Part shown: in pieces, positions 10,694-20,174 of the stretch
Layout of the letters: each line of letters begins with the position of its first letter
How positions within the stretch are numbered: position 1 is the first letter of the stretch
Origin: Patescibacteria group bacterium
GTDB lineage: Bacteria > Patescibacteriota > Microgenomatia > UBA8517
Assembly (NCBI GenBank): GCA_025999275.1
Contig: AP024680.1
Coordinates: forward strand, 180,728-244,727
Direction: 5' to 3'
DNA length: 64,000 nucleotides
The notes under the pieces: generated by a model
The model's database searches: none
What the model saw: the letters and a program-made list of their open reading frames with translations, nothing else
Told to the model about the DNA's origin: nothing
Program-made: the position numbers and the translations under genes

Positions 10694-10701
10694 GAAAGAT
10701 T

Positions 10702-11751
10702 ATGATAAACACAAGATCAGCAAGAACAGAATTTGCTCAAGCAATCAAAGCTATTGCGATGGAAAGGGGTCTTAATCCCGATGTAATTTTAGAAGCAATA
10801 AAACAGGCTATTATTGCTGCCTACCGTCGTGACGCCAGAGAGAGGGGAGAGGAAATCTCCGAAGAAACAGTTGTTGAAGTAGATCTTGATCCTGTAAGCG
10901 GAGAAACAAAAATAGTCAGAGAAGGAAAAGATGTTACCCCTCCAGGATTTGGGAGAATTGCCGCTCAGACTGCCAAGCAAGTTATTCATCAGAAAATAAG
11001 AGAAGCAGAAAAGACTTTGGTAATGGATGAGTTTGAGGGTAAAGTTGGGGGTTTGGTTTCTGGGGTGATTCTTAGATTTGAGGGTGGAAATGTCCGTGTC
11101 GACTTGGGAAAAGCAGAGGCTATTTTGCCTCAAGAAGAAAGAATTCCAAGTGAGAGGTTGACTCAAGGGGAAAGAATGACATTTCTTCTGAAGGAAATTC
11201 GTGAGGGAATAAGAGGTAAGGAGATTATTCTTTCAAGATCAGATCCCCAGTTTGTGGTTAAACTTTTTGCCCGTGAAGTTCCGGAGATTAATTCAAAGAG
11301 TGTAGAGATAAAATCTATAGTCAGAGAACCTGGGGTGAGGACAAAGATGGTTGTGTATTCAAACCAGCCTGGTGTTGATCCAGTTGGCTCTTGCGTTGGA
11401 CAAAAAGGAGTTAGGGTTCAGGCTGTTACCGGTGAACTGGGTGGAGAAAGAGTAGATGTTATTCCTTATAGTGAAGATATGGCAGAAACTATTAAGTATG
11501 CTCTTTCTCCAGCTGAAAACCTTGAAGTTACTCTTGATAATGATAAGAAGGTTGCTTATGTTAAGGCTCCTGAGGATCAGCTTTCTTTGGCAATAGGCCG
11601 GGATGGTCAAAATGCAAGATTGGCTGCAAAATTAACGGGTTGGGGAATTAAGGTTGAATCTATTGTACAGAAAGAAATTAAAGAAGGTAAAAACAAGGAC
11701 GGAGAAGATAATAAAGAAACCAAAAAAGAGAATTCCAATAAGGAAAAATAA
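10702..11751 (+). CDS. nusA: Transcription termination factor NusA
   Basis: FGRIAAQTAKQVI, S1 and two KH domains (DPVGSCVG, SLAIGRDGQNARLA). Confidence 0.98.
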   Translation: MINTRSARTEFAQAIKAIAMERGLNPDVILEAIKQAIIAAYRRDARERGEEISEETVVEVDLDPVSGETKIVREGKDVTPPGFGRIAAQTAKQVIHQKIREAEKTLVMDEFEGKVGGLVSGVILRFEGGNVRVDLGKAEAILPQEERIPSERLTQGERMTFLLKEIREGIRGKEIILSRSDPQFVVKLFAREVPEINSKSVEIKSIVREPGVRTKMVVYSNQPGVDPVGSCVGQKGVRVQAVTGELGGERVDVIPYSEDMAETIKYALSPAENLEVTLDNDKKVAYVKAPEDQLSLAIGRDGQNARLAAKLTGWGIKVESIVQKEIKEGKNKDGEDNKETKKENSNKEK

Positions 11752-11781
11752 TGGGAAGCCTTCTTGTTTTTCTATATAAAC

Positions 11782-13206
11782 ATGGAAAGTTTGAAAAAAG
11801 ATCTAAAAAGACCACCTGTTGTGACAGTTTTGGGTCATGTTGACCATGGCAAAACTACCCTTCTTGATGCAATAAGAAATACTAATGTTCAAAGTAGGGA
11901 AGCGGGTGGAATAACTCAAAGAATTGGCGCTTCGGTAGTAAAGACAAAAAATGGAGAAGATATAGTTTTCATTGACACTCCAGGACATTCTGCTTTTTCT
12001 AAAATGCGCTCTTGTGGGGTTAATGCTTGTGATTTGGCAGTTTTGGTAGTTGCTGCTGATGACGGGGTAAAACCCCAAACAAAAGAGTCTATTGATTATA
12101 TCAAAGAAGCCAATATTCCATTTTTAGTTGCTTTTACAAAGATTGATCTGCCGACCGCAAAAGTTGACTTGGCCAAAAAAGAGTTGTCAGAGGTGGGGGT
12201 CTTTCTTGAAGGTTTAGGAGGGGATGTTCCTTTTGTAGAAGTTTCAGCAAAGAAGAAAGTTGGAATAGAAGAACTTTTAGAATTAATCTTACTTTTATCA
12301 TACATCAACAATATAGGAGCTTTATCTGAAAATAAGCTTAAAGCAGTGGTTATTGAGACCGCCAAGGGTAAGGCTGGTCCTACCGTCTCGGTAATTGTAA
12401 AAGAGGGAGTTTTGAAGGCAAAGCAGGAAATTTATTTTGGGAATAAGAAGGTTAAGGTTAGAGGTCTTGTGGATGCGTTTGGTAAGTCGACAGAGAGGGT
12501 CCTTCCGGGTTATCCGGCTCTAATTTTGGGTTTTGAGGAATTGCCTCCGGTGGGAACTGTACTGACTGAAGAGCCGACAAGAGAATATTTACAAGGTGAG
12601 CCTGTTAGAAATTTTGAAAATGATGAAGCAAAAGTTTCTTTGATTGTTAAAGCAGAGTCTCAAGGTTTATTGGAAGCGATTATCTCAGGGATTACCAAGG
12701 GTGTAAACTTGATTGATTTTGGTGTTGGTGAGGTTACTAAGAATGATGTTTTAATGGCCAAAAGTACTAACTCTTTTATTTTTTCTTTTGGTATCAAGGT
12801 TCCTTCTGAGATTAAAAAATTGGCAGAATCAGAGGGGGTAAGGATTGAAGAATTTGATATTATTTACAGATTGTTTGAAAGACTGGAAGAGTTGGTTTCT
12901 GGTCTTGAGGAAAAGGAAATTGCCAAAGCTGAAATATTGACAGAATTTCCTTTTGATGGCAAGAGGGTTGCAGGGTGCCGGATGGTCTTTGGTGAGATAG
13001 GTATTAAAGATAAACTAATTCTTAAGAGGGGTGACCAAGTGTTGGGGGAAGTTAAGATATCTTCGCTTAAGAAACAAAAACAACCAGTTGACAAAGTTGG
13101 GCAGGGAGAGGAGTTTGGGATTCTTTTTTATCCACAACTTGATTTTAAGCCATCTGATGTGCTAGTATTGACAAACAAATCTGCCGGGCAAATTGATGGA
13201 AAATAA
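11782..13206 (+). CDS. infB: Translation initiation factor IF-2 (no N-terminal domain)
   Basis: [32 protein letters not shown]. Confidence 0.96.
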   Translation: MESLKKDLKRPPVVTVLGHVDHGKTTLLDAIRNTNVQSREAGGITQRIGASVVKTKNGEDIVFIDTPGHSAFSKMRSCGVNACDLAVLVVAADDGVKPQTKESIDYIKEANIPFLVAFTKIDLPTAKVDLAKKELSEVGVFLEGLGGDVPFVEVSAKKKVGIEELLELILLLSYINNIGALSENKLKAVVIETAKGKAGPTVSVIVKEGVLKAKQEIYFGNKKVKVRGLVDAFGKSTERVLPGYPALILGFEELPPVGTVLTEEPTREYLQGEPVRNFENDEAKVSLIVKAESQGLLEAIISGITKGVNLIDFGVGEVTKNDVLMAKSTNSFIFSFGIKVPSEIKKLAESEGVRIEEFDIIYRLFERLEELVSGLEEKEIAKAEILTEFPFDGKRVAGCRMVFGEIGIKDKLILKRGDQVLGEVKISSLKKQKQPVDKVGQGEEFGILFYPQLDFKPSDVLVLTNKSAGQIDGK

Positions 13207-14071
13207 TTTCAGTTCCTATCTTGATTCTTCCAAGTCAGTTTTAATTGTCTTACCCAAGAAACCCTACTTTGATCAAGTGGCGGCTGGACTTTCTCTTTAT
13301 CTTTCTTTGGTTGATAAAAAGGAGGTAAATATAATTTGCCCCAACCCGATGTTGGTGGAGTTTAATCGTTTAGTTGGTGTTGACAAGGTAACTCAGGAGG
13401 TTCCAAATAAAAATTTGATTATTAAGATCGAAGGTTATAAGGCCGATGATGTTGAGAGAGTGAGTTCTGAAGTTAAAAATGGGGAGCTTTACCTTATTGT
13501 TATTCCACAAAGTGGCGCAAAGCCTCCCAAGAAAGAACAGGTTGTCGTTTCTGATGCGGGGATTTCGTCTGATTTAGTGATTTTAGTAGGTGGAGCTGAT
13601 GTGAGTCATTTCCCAATTCTTTCAGAGGGAAAGGTATCGGGTTTGCCTGTTTTTCATATAGGTACAAGGCCACTTGCAGGAGTTGAAAATTTGGATATTA
13701 TTTCTTTGGTAAAACAATCTTCTTCTGTTTCAGAGATAGTAGCTGATTTAATTAAAGAAATGCAGCTTGAGGTGGATGCTGATATTGCTTCTAATTTAAT
13801 TTCTGGAATCGAGATTGGTAGCAATCACTATACTACCGATGGAGTTTCAGCCAACACATTTCAACTTATTGCAGATTTAATGAGGCTTGGGGGCCAAAGG
13901 TTTCCTCAGTTGCCGAAGAAGGATTACCCGCAGGGGGCAATTCCTACTGTTAAACCTTTCTCTCAACAAGAGCAAGTCGAAATTCCCAAGACTCAAAGTC
14001 AGTCTCAAGAAGAAAATCCCCCGCAGGATTGGCTGGCTCCCAAGATTTTTAAAAGTACGCAAATAAGTTAA
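13196..14071 (+). CDS. DHH/NrnA-like protein with degenerate catalytic motifs
   Basis: Layout resembles a DHH phosphoesterase (PYFDQVAAGLSL, SSSVSEIV, DIASNLISGI) but no DHH triad. Confidence 0.6.
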   Translation: MENNFSSYLDSSKSVLIVLPKKPYFDQVAAGLSLYLSLVDKKEVNIICPNPMLVEFNRLVGVDKVTQEVPNKNLIIKIEGYKADDVERVSSEVKNGELYLIVIPQSGAKPPKKEQVVVSDAGISSDLVILVGGADVSHFPILSEGKVSGLPVFHIGTRPLAGVENLDIISLVKQSSSVSEIVADLIKEMQLEVDADIASNLISGIEIGSNHYTTDGVSANTFQLIADLMRLGGQRFPQLPKKDYPQGAIPTVKPFSQQEQVEIPKTQSQSQEENPPQDWLAPKIFKSTQIS

Positions 14072-14097
14072 TTGGGGGTTGTTTTTATTTTTTTTCC

Positions 14098-14159
14098 TGA
14101 TAAAATAAGCAAGATGTAGTCAAGGTTTACCTTTTGTTTAAGGTTTACTTTGATTAACA
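14098..14159 (+). promoter_or_regulatory. rpsO promoter (TGn-TAAAAT) and long leader hairpin
   Basis: AGTCAAGG/CTTTGATT and ACCTT/AAGGT stems at 14115-14159, just before the ATG at 14165. Confidence 0.55.
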
Positions 14160-14164
14160 CGACG

Positions 14165-14476
14165 ATGGCTTTAACGCACGAGGAAAAACAAGAAATAATT
14201 AAGAAATTTGCCCGTGAGAAAGGGGATACAGGTTCTCCTGAGGTTCAAGTTGCTCTTCTTTCTTTTCAGATAGAAAAGCTAGCCCATCACCTTAAAGAAC
14301 ATAAAAAAGATGTTCATTCAAGACGAGGTCTTTTGTCAATGATTGCCAAAAGACGACGTCTTTTAAACTATCTTAAAAAGCATGACATTAGTCGTTATAA
14401 TGCTTTGGTTGAGAAGTTAGATCTAGGTAAGAAAGAAATAGATGAAAAAGATTCAAAAGATAAAAAAGGAAATTGA
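14165..14476 (+). CDS. rpsO: 30S ribosomal protein S15
   Basis: [24 protein letters not shown]. Confidence 0.98.
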   Translation: MALTHEEKQEIIKKFAREKGDTGSPEVQVALLSFQIEKLAHHLKEHKKDVHSRRGLLSMIAKRRRLLNYLKKHDISRYNALVEKLDLGKKEIDEKDSKDKKGN

Positions 14477-16664
14477 TTTTGGTGGTAAGAAATTAGTCCT
14501 TACTTCTGGAAATATTGCCTTTCAAGCAACTGGTGCTGTAATGGCTCAATATGGTGAAACTGTGGTTTTGGCTGCGGTTGTATCTTCACCTTTGAAGGAA
14601 GATTTAGGTTATTTTCCTCTTTCGGTGGAATATCAAGAAAGACTTTATGCCGGAGGAAGGATTAAAGGTAGCCGGTGGGTAAAAAGAGAAGGTAGGCCTT
14701 CAGATGAAGAGATATTAACAGGAAGATTAATTGACAGAAGTATTAGACCACTCTTCCCTAAAGAATATTCTAATAACGAAGTTCAAGTGACAATAACAGT
14801 GCTTTCTGTTGATATGGAAAATAGTCCTGATATTGTTTCTGCTATTGCCACGTCAGCTGCTTTGGCAGCATCAGGAATTCCTTGGCTTGGTCCTGTAGCT
14901 GTTTCAAGAGTGGGTTTTAAGGATGGCAAGTTTATTATTAACCCACTTCAATCTGAGCAGGAAAATTCTGATTTAGACTTGGTTGTTTCTACTACTAAGG
15001 ATTCGGTGATAATGATTGAAGCTGGGGCTAAACAGGTTAGTGAGGAAAAGATTCTTGAGGGAATAGAGTTTGCTCAGGAAGAAGGGAAAAAGCTTATTGA
15101 TTTTATTTCTGAGTTTGCTCAAGAAGTTAACCCTAATGGCCAAATTAAAGTAGAAAAGCAAAAAAATAAGTCCTTGCTTGAGAAAATTGATAAGGAGGAA
15201 GGAAAACAAATAGAGGAATTATTGGTTAAAATGGCCAAAAAAGAAATAGGTTATGGAGAAGTTGATGAGTACAAGTTTTCTTTAGCCGAAAAGTTTTCCG
15301 AGGAAGATAAAAAAGAGGTTTTTGCTTGTTTTGATGAACTTACTTCTTTAAAGTTTCGCAAGATGGTTCTTTCTGGCAAGCGCCCTGATGGAAGAAAATT
15401 AGATGAAATAAGGGAGCTTTCAATTGAAGTTGGAGTTTTGCCAAGAACTCACGGTTCAGCTATTTTTAAAAGGGGCCATACTCAAGTTTTATCAATTACT
15501 ACTCTTGGTTCTCCGTCTCTTGAGCAATTGATAGAGACAGCAGAGGGTGAGGAGTCAAAGCGTTATATGCACCACTACAGTATGCCTCCTTACTCAAGCG
15601 GTGAAACTGGAAGAGTAGGTTTCCCTTCAAGGCGAGAAATTGGTCATGGGGCGCTTGCTGAGCGAGCTTTATTGCCTGTAATTCCTCCTGAAGATGAGTT
15701 TCCTTATACCATAAGAGTTGTTTCTGAAGTTCTGTCTTCAAATGGTTCAACATCTATGGCTTCAACTTGCGGTTCAACTCTTTCCTTGATGGATGCTGGA
15801 GTACCAATTAGCGATCCAGTTGGCGGTATTGCTATGGGAGTAATAGTTGAAAGTGATAAAAAATTTGCTGTTCTGACAGATATTGCTGGAATTGAAGACG
15901 GTGCTGGAGATATGGACTTTAAAGTTGCTGGAACCAAAAGTGGTATAACCGCCTTGCAACTTGATGTAAAGACGCTAAAACTAACTACCCATATTTTGTC
16001 TGAAGCTCTAAAACAAGCAAAGAAAGCAAGACTTGAGATACTAGATGCTATGCTTAAAGTTATAGATAAGCCAAGAGAGTCTCTTTCTGTTTACGCACCT
16101 AAGATTAAGAGTTTCAAGATTCCTCAAGATAAGATTGGAGAATTGATTGGTCCTGGTGGAAGAGTTATAAGATCTTTAATAGCTCAGACTGGTGCTCAGA
16201 TTGAGGTTGAGGATGATGGAACAGTTAGTATTACAGGTGCTACCGATGAGTCTTTGCAGGAAGCAGTTAGTAGAGTTGAACAGTTGGTCAAGGAAGTGAA
16301 GGCAGATGAGGTTTACGAGGGGATAGTAAAAAGAATTGAGCCTTTTGGTGCTTTTATTGAGATTTTGCCTGGCAAGGAAGGAATGGTGCATGTTTCTGAT
16401 ATGAGTGTTGATTATGTTCGTGACCCCCATGATTTTTTGAAATTAGGGGACAAGGTTCAAGTAAGGGTCAAAGGTGTTGATGATTTGGGTAGAATCAACC
16501 TCTCAATGATTCTTGATAAGACAAAAGAAAAACAGCCTGGTCAGAATAGAGATAGTTATAGTCGCAATCGAAAGTCGGATAATTTTAGGCGGCAAAAAGG
16601 TTCGTCTGGTCCACATTTTCCTACCAGTCGTCTTCTTGATGGTTTTGAAAAGAAAAGATATTAA
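14442..16664 (+). CDS. pnp: Polyribonucleotide nucleotidyltransferase (PNPase)
   Basis: [34 protein letters not shown]; KH and S1 domains. Confidence 0.98.
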   Translation: MKKIQKIKKEIDFGGKKLVLTSGNIAFQATGAVMAQYGETVVLAAVVSSPLKEDLGYFPLSVEYQERLYAGGRIKGSRWVKREGRPSDEEILTGRLIDRSIRPLFPKEYSNNEVQVTITVLSVDMENSPDIVSAIATSAALAASGIPWLGPVAVSRVGFKDGKFIINPLQSEQENSDLDLVVSTTKDSVIMIEAGAKQVSEEKILEGIEFAQEEGKKLIDFISEFAQEVNPNGQIKVEKQKNKSLLEKIDKEEGKQIEELLVKMAKKEIGYGEVDEYKFSLAEKFSEEDKKEVFACFDELTSLKFRKMVLSGKRPDGRKLDEIRELSIEVGVLPRTHGSAIFKRGHTQVLSITTLGSPSLEQLIETAEGEESKRYMHHYSMPPYSSGETGRVGFPSRREIGHGALAERALLPVIPPEDEFPYTIRVVSEVLSSNGSTSMASTCGSTLSLMDAGVPISDPVGGIAMGVIVESDKKFAVLTDIAGIEDGAGDMDFKVAGTKSGITALQLDVKTLKLTTHILSEALKQAKKARLEILDAMLKVIDKPRESLSVYAPKIKSFKIPQDKIGELIGPGGRVIRSLIAQTGAQIEVEDDGTVSITGATDESLQEAVSRVEQLVKEVKADEVYEGIVKRIEPFGAFIEILPGKEGMVHVSDMSVDYVRDPHDFLKLGDKVQVRVKGVDDLGRINLSMILDKTKEKQPGQNRDSYSRNRKSDNFRRQKGSSGPHFPTSRLLDGFEKKRY

Positions 16665-16695
16665 ATCTTCGTCTTTATAGTGTTATTATAATCTT

Positions 16696-17844
16696 ATGGA
16701 TTTTTCTACTGCCAAGCTAGACGAGGCAAAGTTGAATCAGGTTACACCCTCTGGTAACAATATTGATGATGCCAATAATATTGGTGATGATGATTCGTTG
16801 TTGATTACTGATGGTGAGCTTCTAAGACTCAAGAATTTAATTGACTCATCATCGGCCCCTTCAGAATTAAAAGTTAGGATCAAAATAAGACTTAATCAGT
16901 TAAACAAATTGATTAATTCATCTTCTTATCTTGATGAATACGATAGAATTGCCCGTTACATAGATTGGGTAACCAAGGTGCCTTGGAATAAAACTACAGA
17001 GGATATATTAGATCTTGATTGGGCAAAGAAGGTTTTAGACAGTCATCATTATGGTCTTGAAGAGATTAAAAATAGAATTCTTGAATATATTTCTGTGATG
17101 AAGCTAAAAGCTCAAAAAGGCGAAAAAGAAGAAGTTCTAAAAGCGCCGACGCTATTTTTTGTTGGGTTGGTTGGTACTGGTAAAACTACGATTGCCCCCT
17201 CAATTGCTGAGGCCTTGGGTAGGAAATTTGCCAGAATTCCTTTTGGGGGAATGGGGGATCCGTTTGATTTGCGAGGACAATCAAGGCTACATATTGAATC
17301 AGAACCTGGAAAAATTGTTAAGGCTTTAATATCAGTTCAGAGCATGAACCCTGTGATTTTGCTTGATGAAATAGACAGGGTGACAGAAGAAGGTAGAAGC
17401 TCTATTATGGGTGTTTTGGTTGAGCTTCTTGATCCTAAGCAAAATTTTGCTTTTGTTGACCACTATATTGATTATCCTATTGATCTTTCACAAGTTCTAT
17501 TTATAGCTACAGCCAATAATACTCACAATATTGCAACAGCCGTTATGGACAGGCTCGAACCTATTAGTATGCCTTCTTATAGTGATGCTGAAAAGATAGT
17601 TATCGCAACAAAATATGTTTTACCTGAGAAATTGAAAGCTGCAGGCATTCCTGATGGTGCGATTGTTATAGACGAGGGTGTTTGGCCGGCTGTGGTTAGG
17701 CCTCTTGGCTATGATGCTGGAATTAGAACTCTTGAAAGAACCATTGATGGCTTAGTAAGGAAGGTTGCAAGGATGATGGTTGAAGGTAAGGTGTCTTCGG
17801 TTAGGATAACTACCCAGAATATGAAGGAGTTCTTGCCTCAATAA
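16696..17844 (+). CDS. Lon-type AAA+ ATPase without a protease domain
   Basis: HYGLEEIKNRILEY, GLVGTGKT, LLDEID, LLDPKQN, DRLE, GIRTLER; ends before the Ser-Lys protease domain. Confidence 0.85.
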   Translation: MDFSTAKLDEAKLNQVTPSGNNIDDANNIGDDDSLLITDGELLRLKNLIDSSSAPSELKVRIKIRLNQLNKLINSSSYLDEYDRIARYIDWVTKVPWNKTTEDILDLDWAKKVLDSHHYGLEEIKNRILEYISVMKLKAQKGEKEEVLKAPTLFFVGLVGTGKTTIAPSIAEALGRKFARIPFGGMGDPFDLRGQSRLHIESEPGKIVKALISVQSMNPVILLDEIDRVTEEGRSSIMGVLVELLDPKQNFAFVDHYIDYPIDLSQVLFIATANNTHNIATAVMDRLEPISMPSYSDAEKIVIATKYVLPEKLKAAGIPDGAIVIDEGVWPAVVRPLGYDAGIRTLERTIDGLVRKVARMMVEGKVSSVRITTQNMKEFLPQ

Positions 17845-17845
17845 G

Positions 17846-18472
17846 ATGGATAAAAAAGAAATATTAGAAGAATTAAAAAGAAAAGCTTTAGAGGATAATA
17901 GCTTGCCTCTAAAAAATAATACTACCAATCTTGTCTTTGGTGTGGGTAATCCTGAGGCTCAAATTATTTTTATAGGAGAAGGCCCGGGTTATTGGGAAAA
18001 TTTAAAATCAGAACCTTTTGTTGGCCCTGCAGGTAAGCTTTTGGATAAACTCTTGAGCCTTATAAATATTAAGCGCGAAGACGTTTTTATAACCAATGTG
18101 GTTATGCATCGACCTCCTGATAACCGCGATCCCACACCTGAAGAAATAGCTGCCTATCAGCCTTATTTAGACAACATTATTAAGATTATTTCTCCAAGAG
18201 TAATTGTTACTTTGGGTAGATTTTCTATGGGTAAATTTTTACCCACAGCCACTATTAGCAAAGTACACGGAAAGCCATCTAGGTTAACGTGGGATGGTTT
18301 GGATTTGTTGGTTGTGCCGATGTATCATCCTGCTGCTGCTTTAAGAAGTAATGATATTATGATAAAGTTACGTGAGGACTTTCTTAAATTACCAAAAATT
18401 TTGGAAAGCCTAGAAGAAAAAAGAGATCTTGTTTTAAAAAAGGAGGATAAAGAGCAAATGGCTCTTTTTTGA
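17846..18472 (+). CDS. udg: Uracil-DNA glycosylase, family 4-like, cysteine-free
   Basis: GEGPG, PFVGPAG, RPPDNRDP, YHPAA. Confidence 0.92.
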   Translation: MDKKEILEELKRKALEDNSLPLKNNTTNLVFGVGNPEAQIIFIGEGPGYWENLKSEPFVGPAGKLLDKLLSLINIKREDVFITNVVMHRPPDNRDPTPEEIAAYQPYLDNIIKIISPRVIVTLGRFSMGKFLPTATISKVHGKPSRLTWDGLDLLVVPMYHPAAALRSNDIMIKLREDFLKLPKILESLEEKRDLVLKKEDKEQMALF

Positions 18473-18474
18473 TT

Positions 18475-20127
18475 ATGGTTCGCTTTATTGCATTATCAGG
18501 TACAACTGAGGTTACTGAAAATCTTTACGTTTATGAGTCAAGTAATGATCTTATTATTGTTGACTGTGGAGTTGGTTTTCCAGAACCAGAGATGTTTGGG
18601 GTTGATTTAGTTATTCCTGATTTTGATTACATTAGGAAGAATAGATCAAAGTTAAGAGGAGTTTTGATTACCCATGGTCACGAAGATCATATAGGAGCTC
18701 TACCCTTTTTGCTTTCTGAAATTAAAGCACCAGTTTTTTCAACCAGGCTGGTTGCAGGTTTTATAGAAGAAAAATTGAGAGATTATAATTTTAATCTTAA
18801 AGATTTTGATATAAGGGTTTTTGATCCAGATAAAGACACCATTTCTTTGGGGGTTTTTAAAATTACGCCTTTTAGGATTTCCCATTCGGTTCCGGACGGG
18901 GTTGGGTTTGCTATCGACACCCCGGAGGGAAAGATTTTCCATGTTGCTGACTATAAATTTGATTGGACTCCGGTTGATGGTCGGCCTTTTGATATTGCAA
19001 AGTTAGCAATGCTTGCTTCAGGTGGGGCTTTAGCAGCTGTCTCAGACTGTCTTGGTTCTAATACTCCTGGTTATACTGAGAGCGAGAAGGGAATAGAGGA
19101 AAGAATTGAAAAAATAGTTGTTGGCAAAAAAGGTAGGGTCTTCTTTACTACTATTTCCTCAAATATTTCTCGTATCCAGCAGGCAATCAATGTTGCTTCA
19201 AGAGTGGGTAGGAAAGTAGCAATTGTTGGCAGATCAATTGATTCAAAAGCGAAAATATCACAGAGTTTGGGCTACCTAAATTTGCCAGATAGCTTGGTTG
19301 TTGATCCCAAGAGGTTGATTAATTTTGATAAAGATAAAGTTATGTTTATAATCTCAGGCAGTTATGGTCAGCCAGGCAGTGCTTTATATAGAACTGCTTT
19401 GGGGGAGCATGATTTCTTGAGTATAGAAGAGAGTGATGTGGTCATTTTTTCTTCTGATCCTGCTCCACCGGGTTCGAAGGGGAATGTTGATTTTTTGGTA
19501 GATAAATTAATTGAATTGGGGGCTGAGGTGCATTACTATGATATTCAGGAAGACCTTCATGTATCAGGTCATGCAAGTCAAGAAGACATTAAACTTTTGC
19601 TTTCTGTGACTAAACCTAAGTATGCAATACCCATAGGAGGGACAATAAGACATATGAGGGCTTTTACCAATTTGGCTGAGAGTATGGGAATAAAAAGAGA
19701 AAATGTATTTGAGCTTAAAAATGGTGAATCTGTTAACTTTAGGTCTGATTTTGCTCAAAAAGGAGAAAAAATTGATGTTAAGAGCGTTTTGGTTGATGGA
19801 TTGGGGGTTGGTGATGTTGGACAAGTAGTCTTACGAGATAGAAATTTGTTGGCTAAGGAAGGTGTAGCTATAGTTCTTCTTCAATTTGATGATGCTTTGG
19901 GTAAGCTGGTTTCTACGCCTGAAATAATTAGTCGTGGTTTTGTTTTTGATAGAAAGAGCCGTGATTTTCTGGAAAGATCAGCTAAAAAATTAGACAATTT
20001 TTTGAAGAAAAAGAAGGGTTTGGATAGGAGAATGGTCAAAAGTCTTGCTGCTGATTTTTTGGAACACTACTTTTATAAAGAGACTGGCAGAAGACCAATG
20101 GTTTTACCCGTGGTTGCTGAGATTTAA
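18475..20127 (+). CDS. rnj: Ribonuclease J
   Basis: THGHEDHIG, HSVPD, HVSGH, PEIISRGF. Confidence 0.96.
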   Translation: MVRFIALSGTTEVTENLYVYESSNDLIIVDCGVGFPEPEMFGVDLVIPDFDYIRKNRSKLRGVLITHGHEDHIGALPFLLSEIKAPVFSTRLVAGFIEEKLRDYNFNLKDFDIRVFDPDKDTISLGVFKITPFRISHSVPDGVGFAIDTPEGKIFHVADYKFDWTPVDGRPFDIAKLAMLASGGALAAVSDCLGSNTPGYTESEKGIEERIEKIVVGKKGRVFFTTISSNISRIQQAINVASRVGRKVAIVGRSIDSKAKISQSLGYLNLPDSLVVDPKRLINFDKDKVMFIISGSYGQPGSALYRTALGEHDFLSIEESDVVIFSSDPAPPGSKGNVDFLVDKLIELGAEVHYYDIQEDLHVSGHASQEDIKLLLSVTKPKYAIPIGGTIRHMRAFTNLAESMGIKRENVFELKNGESVNFRSDFAQKGEKIDVKSVLVDGLGVGDVGQVVLRDRNLLAKEGVAIVLLQFDDALGKLVSTPEIISRGFVFDRKSRDFLERSAKKLDNFLKKKKGLDRRMVKSLAADFLEHYFYKETGRRPMVLPVVAEI

Positions 20128-20174
20128 TTCGCTTTATTGTAGTTTATAGTAACTTCAACTGGTATAATTTATCT

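Noticed and set aside
11782-13206. IF2 truncation and TKID G4 as a pseudogene or altered specificity
   Set aside because: The G4 Asp is retained, TKxD is a common variant, and short IF2 is typical of reduced genomes.
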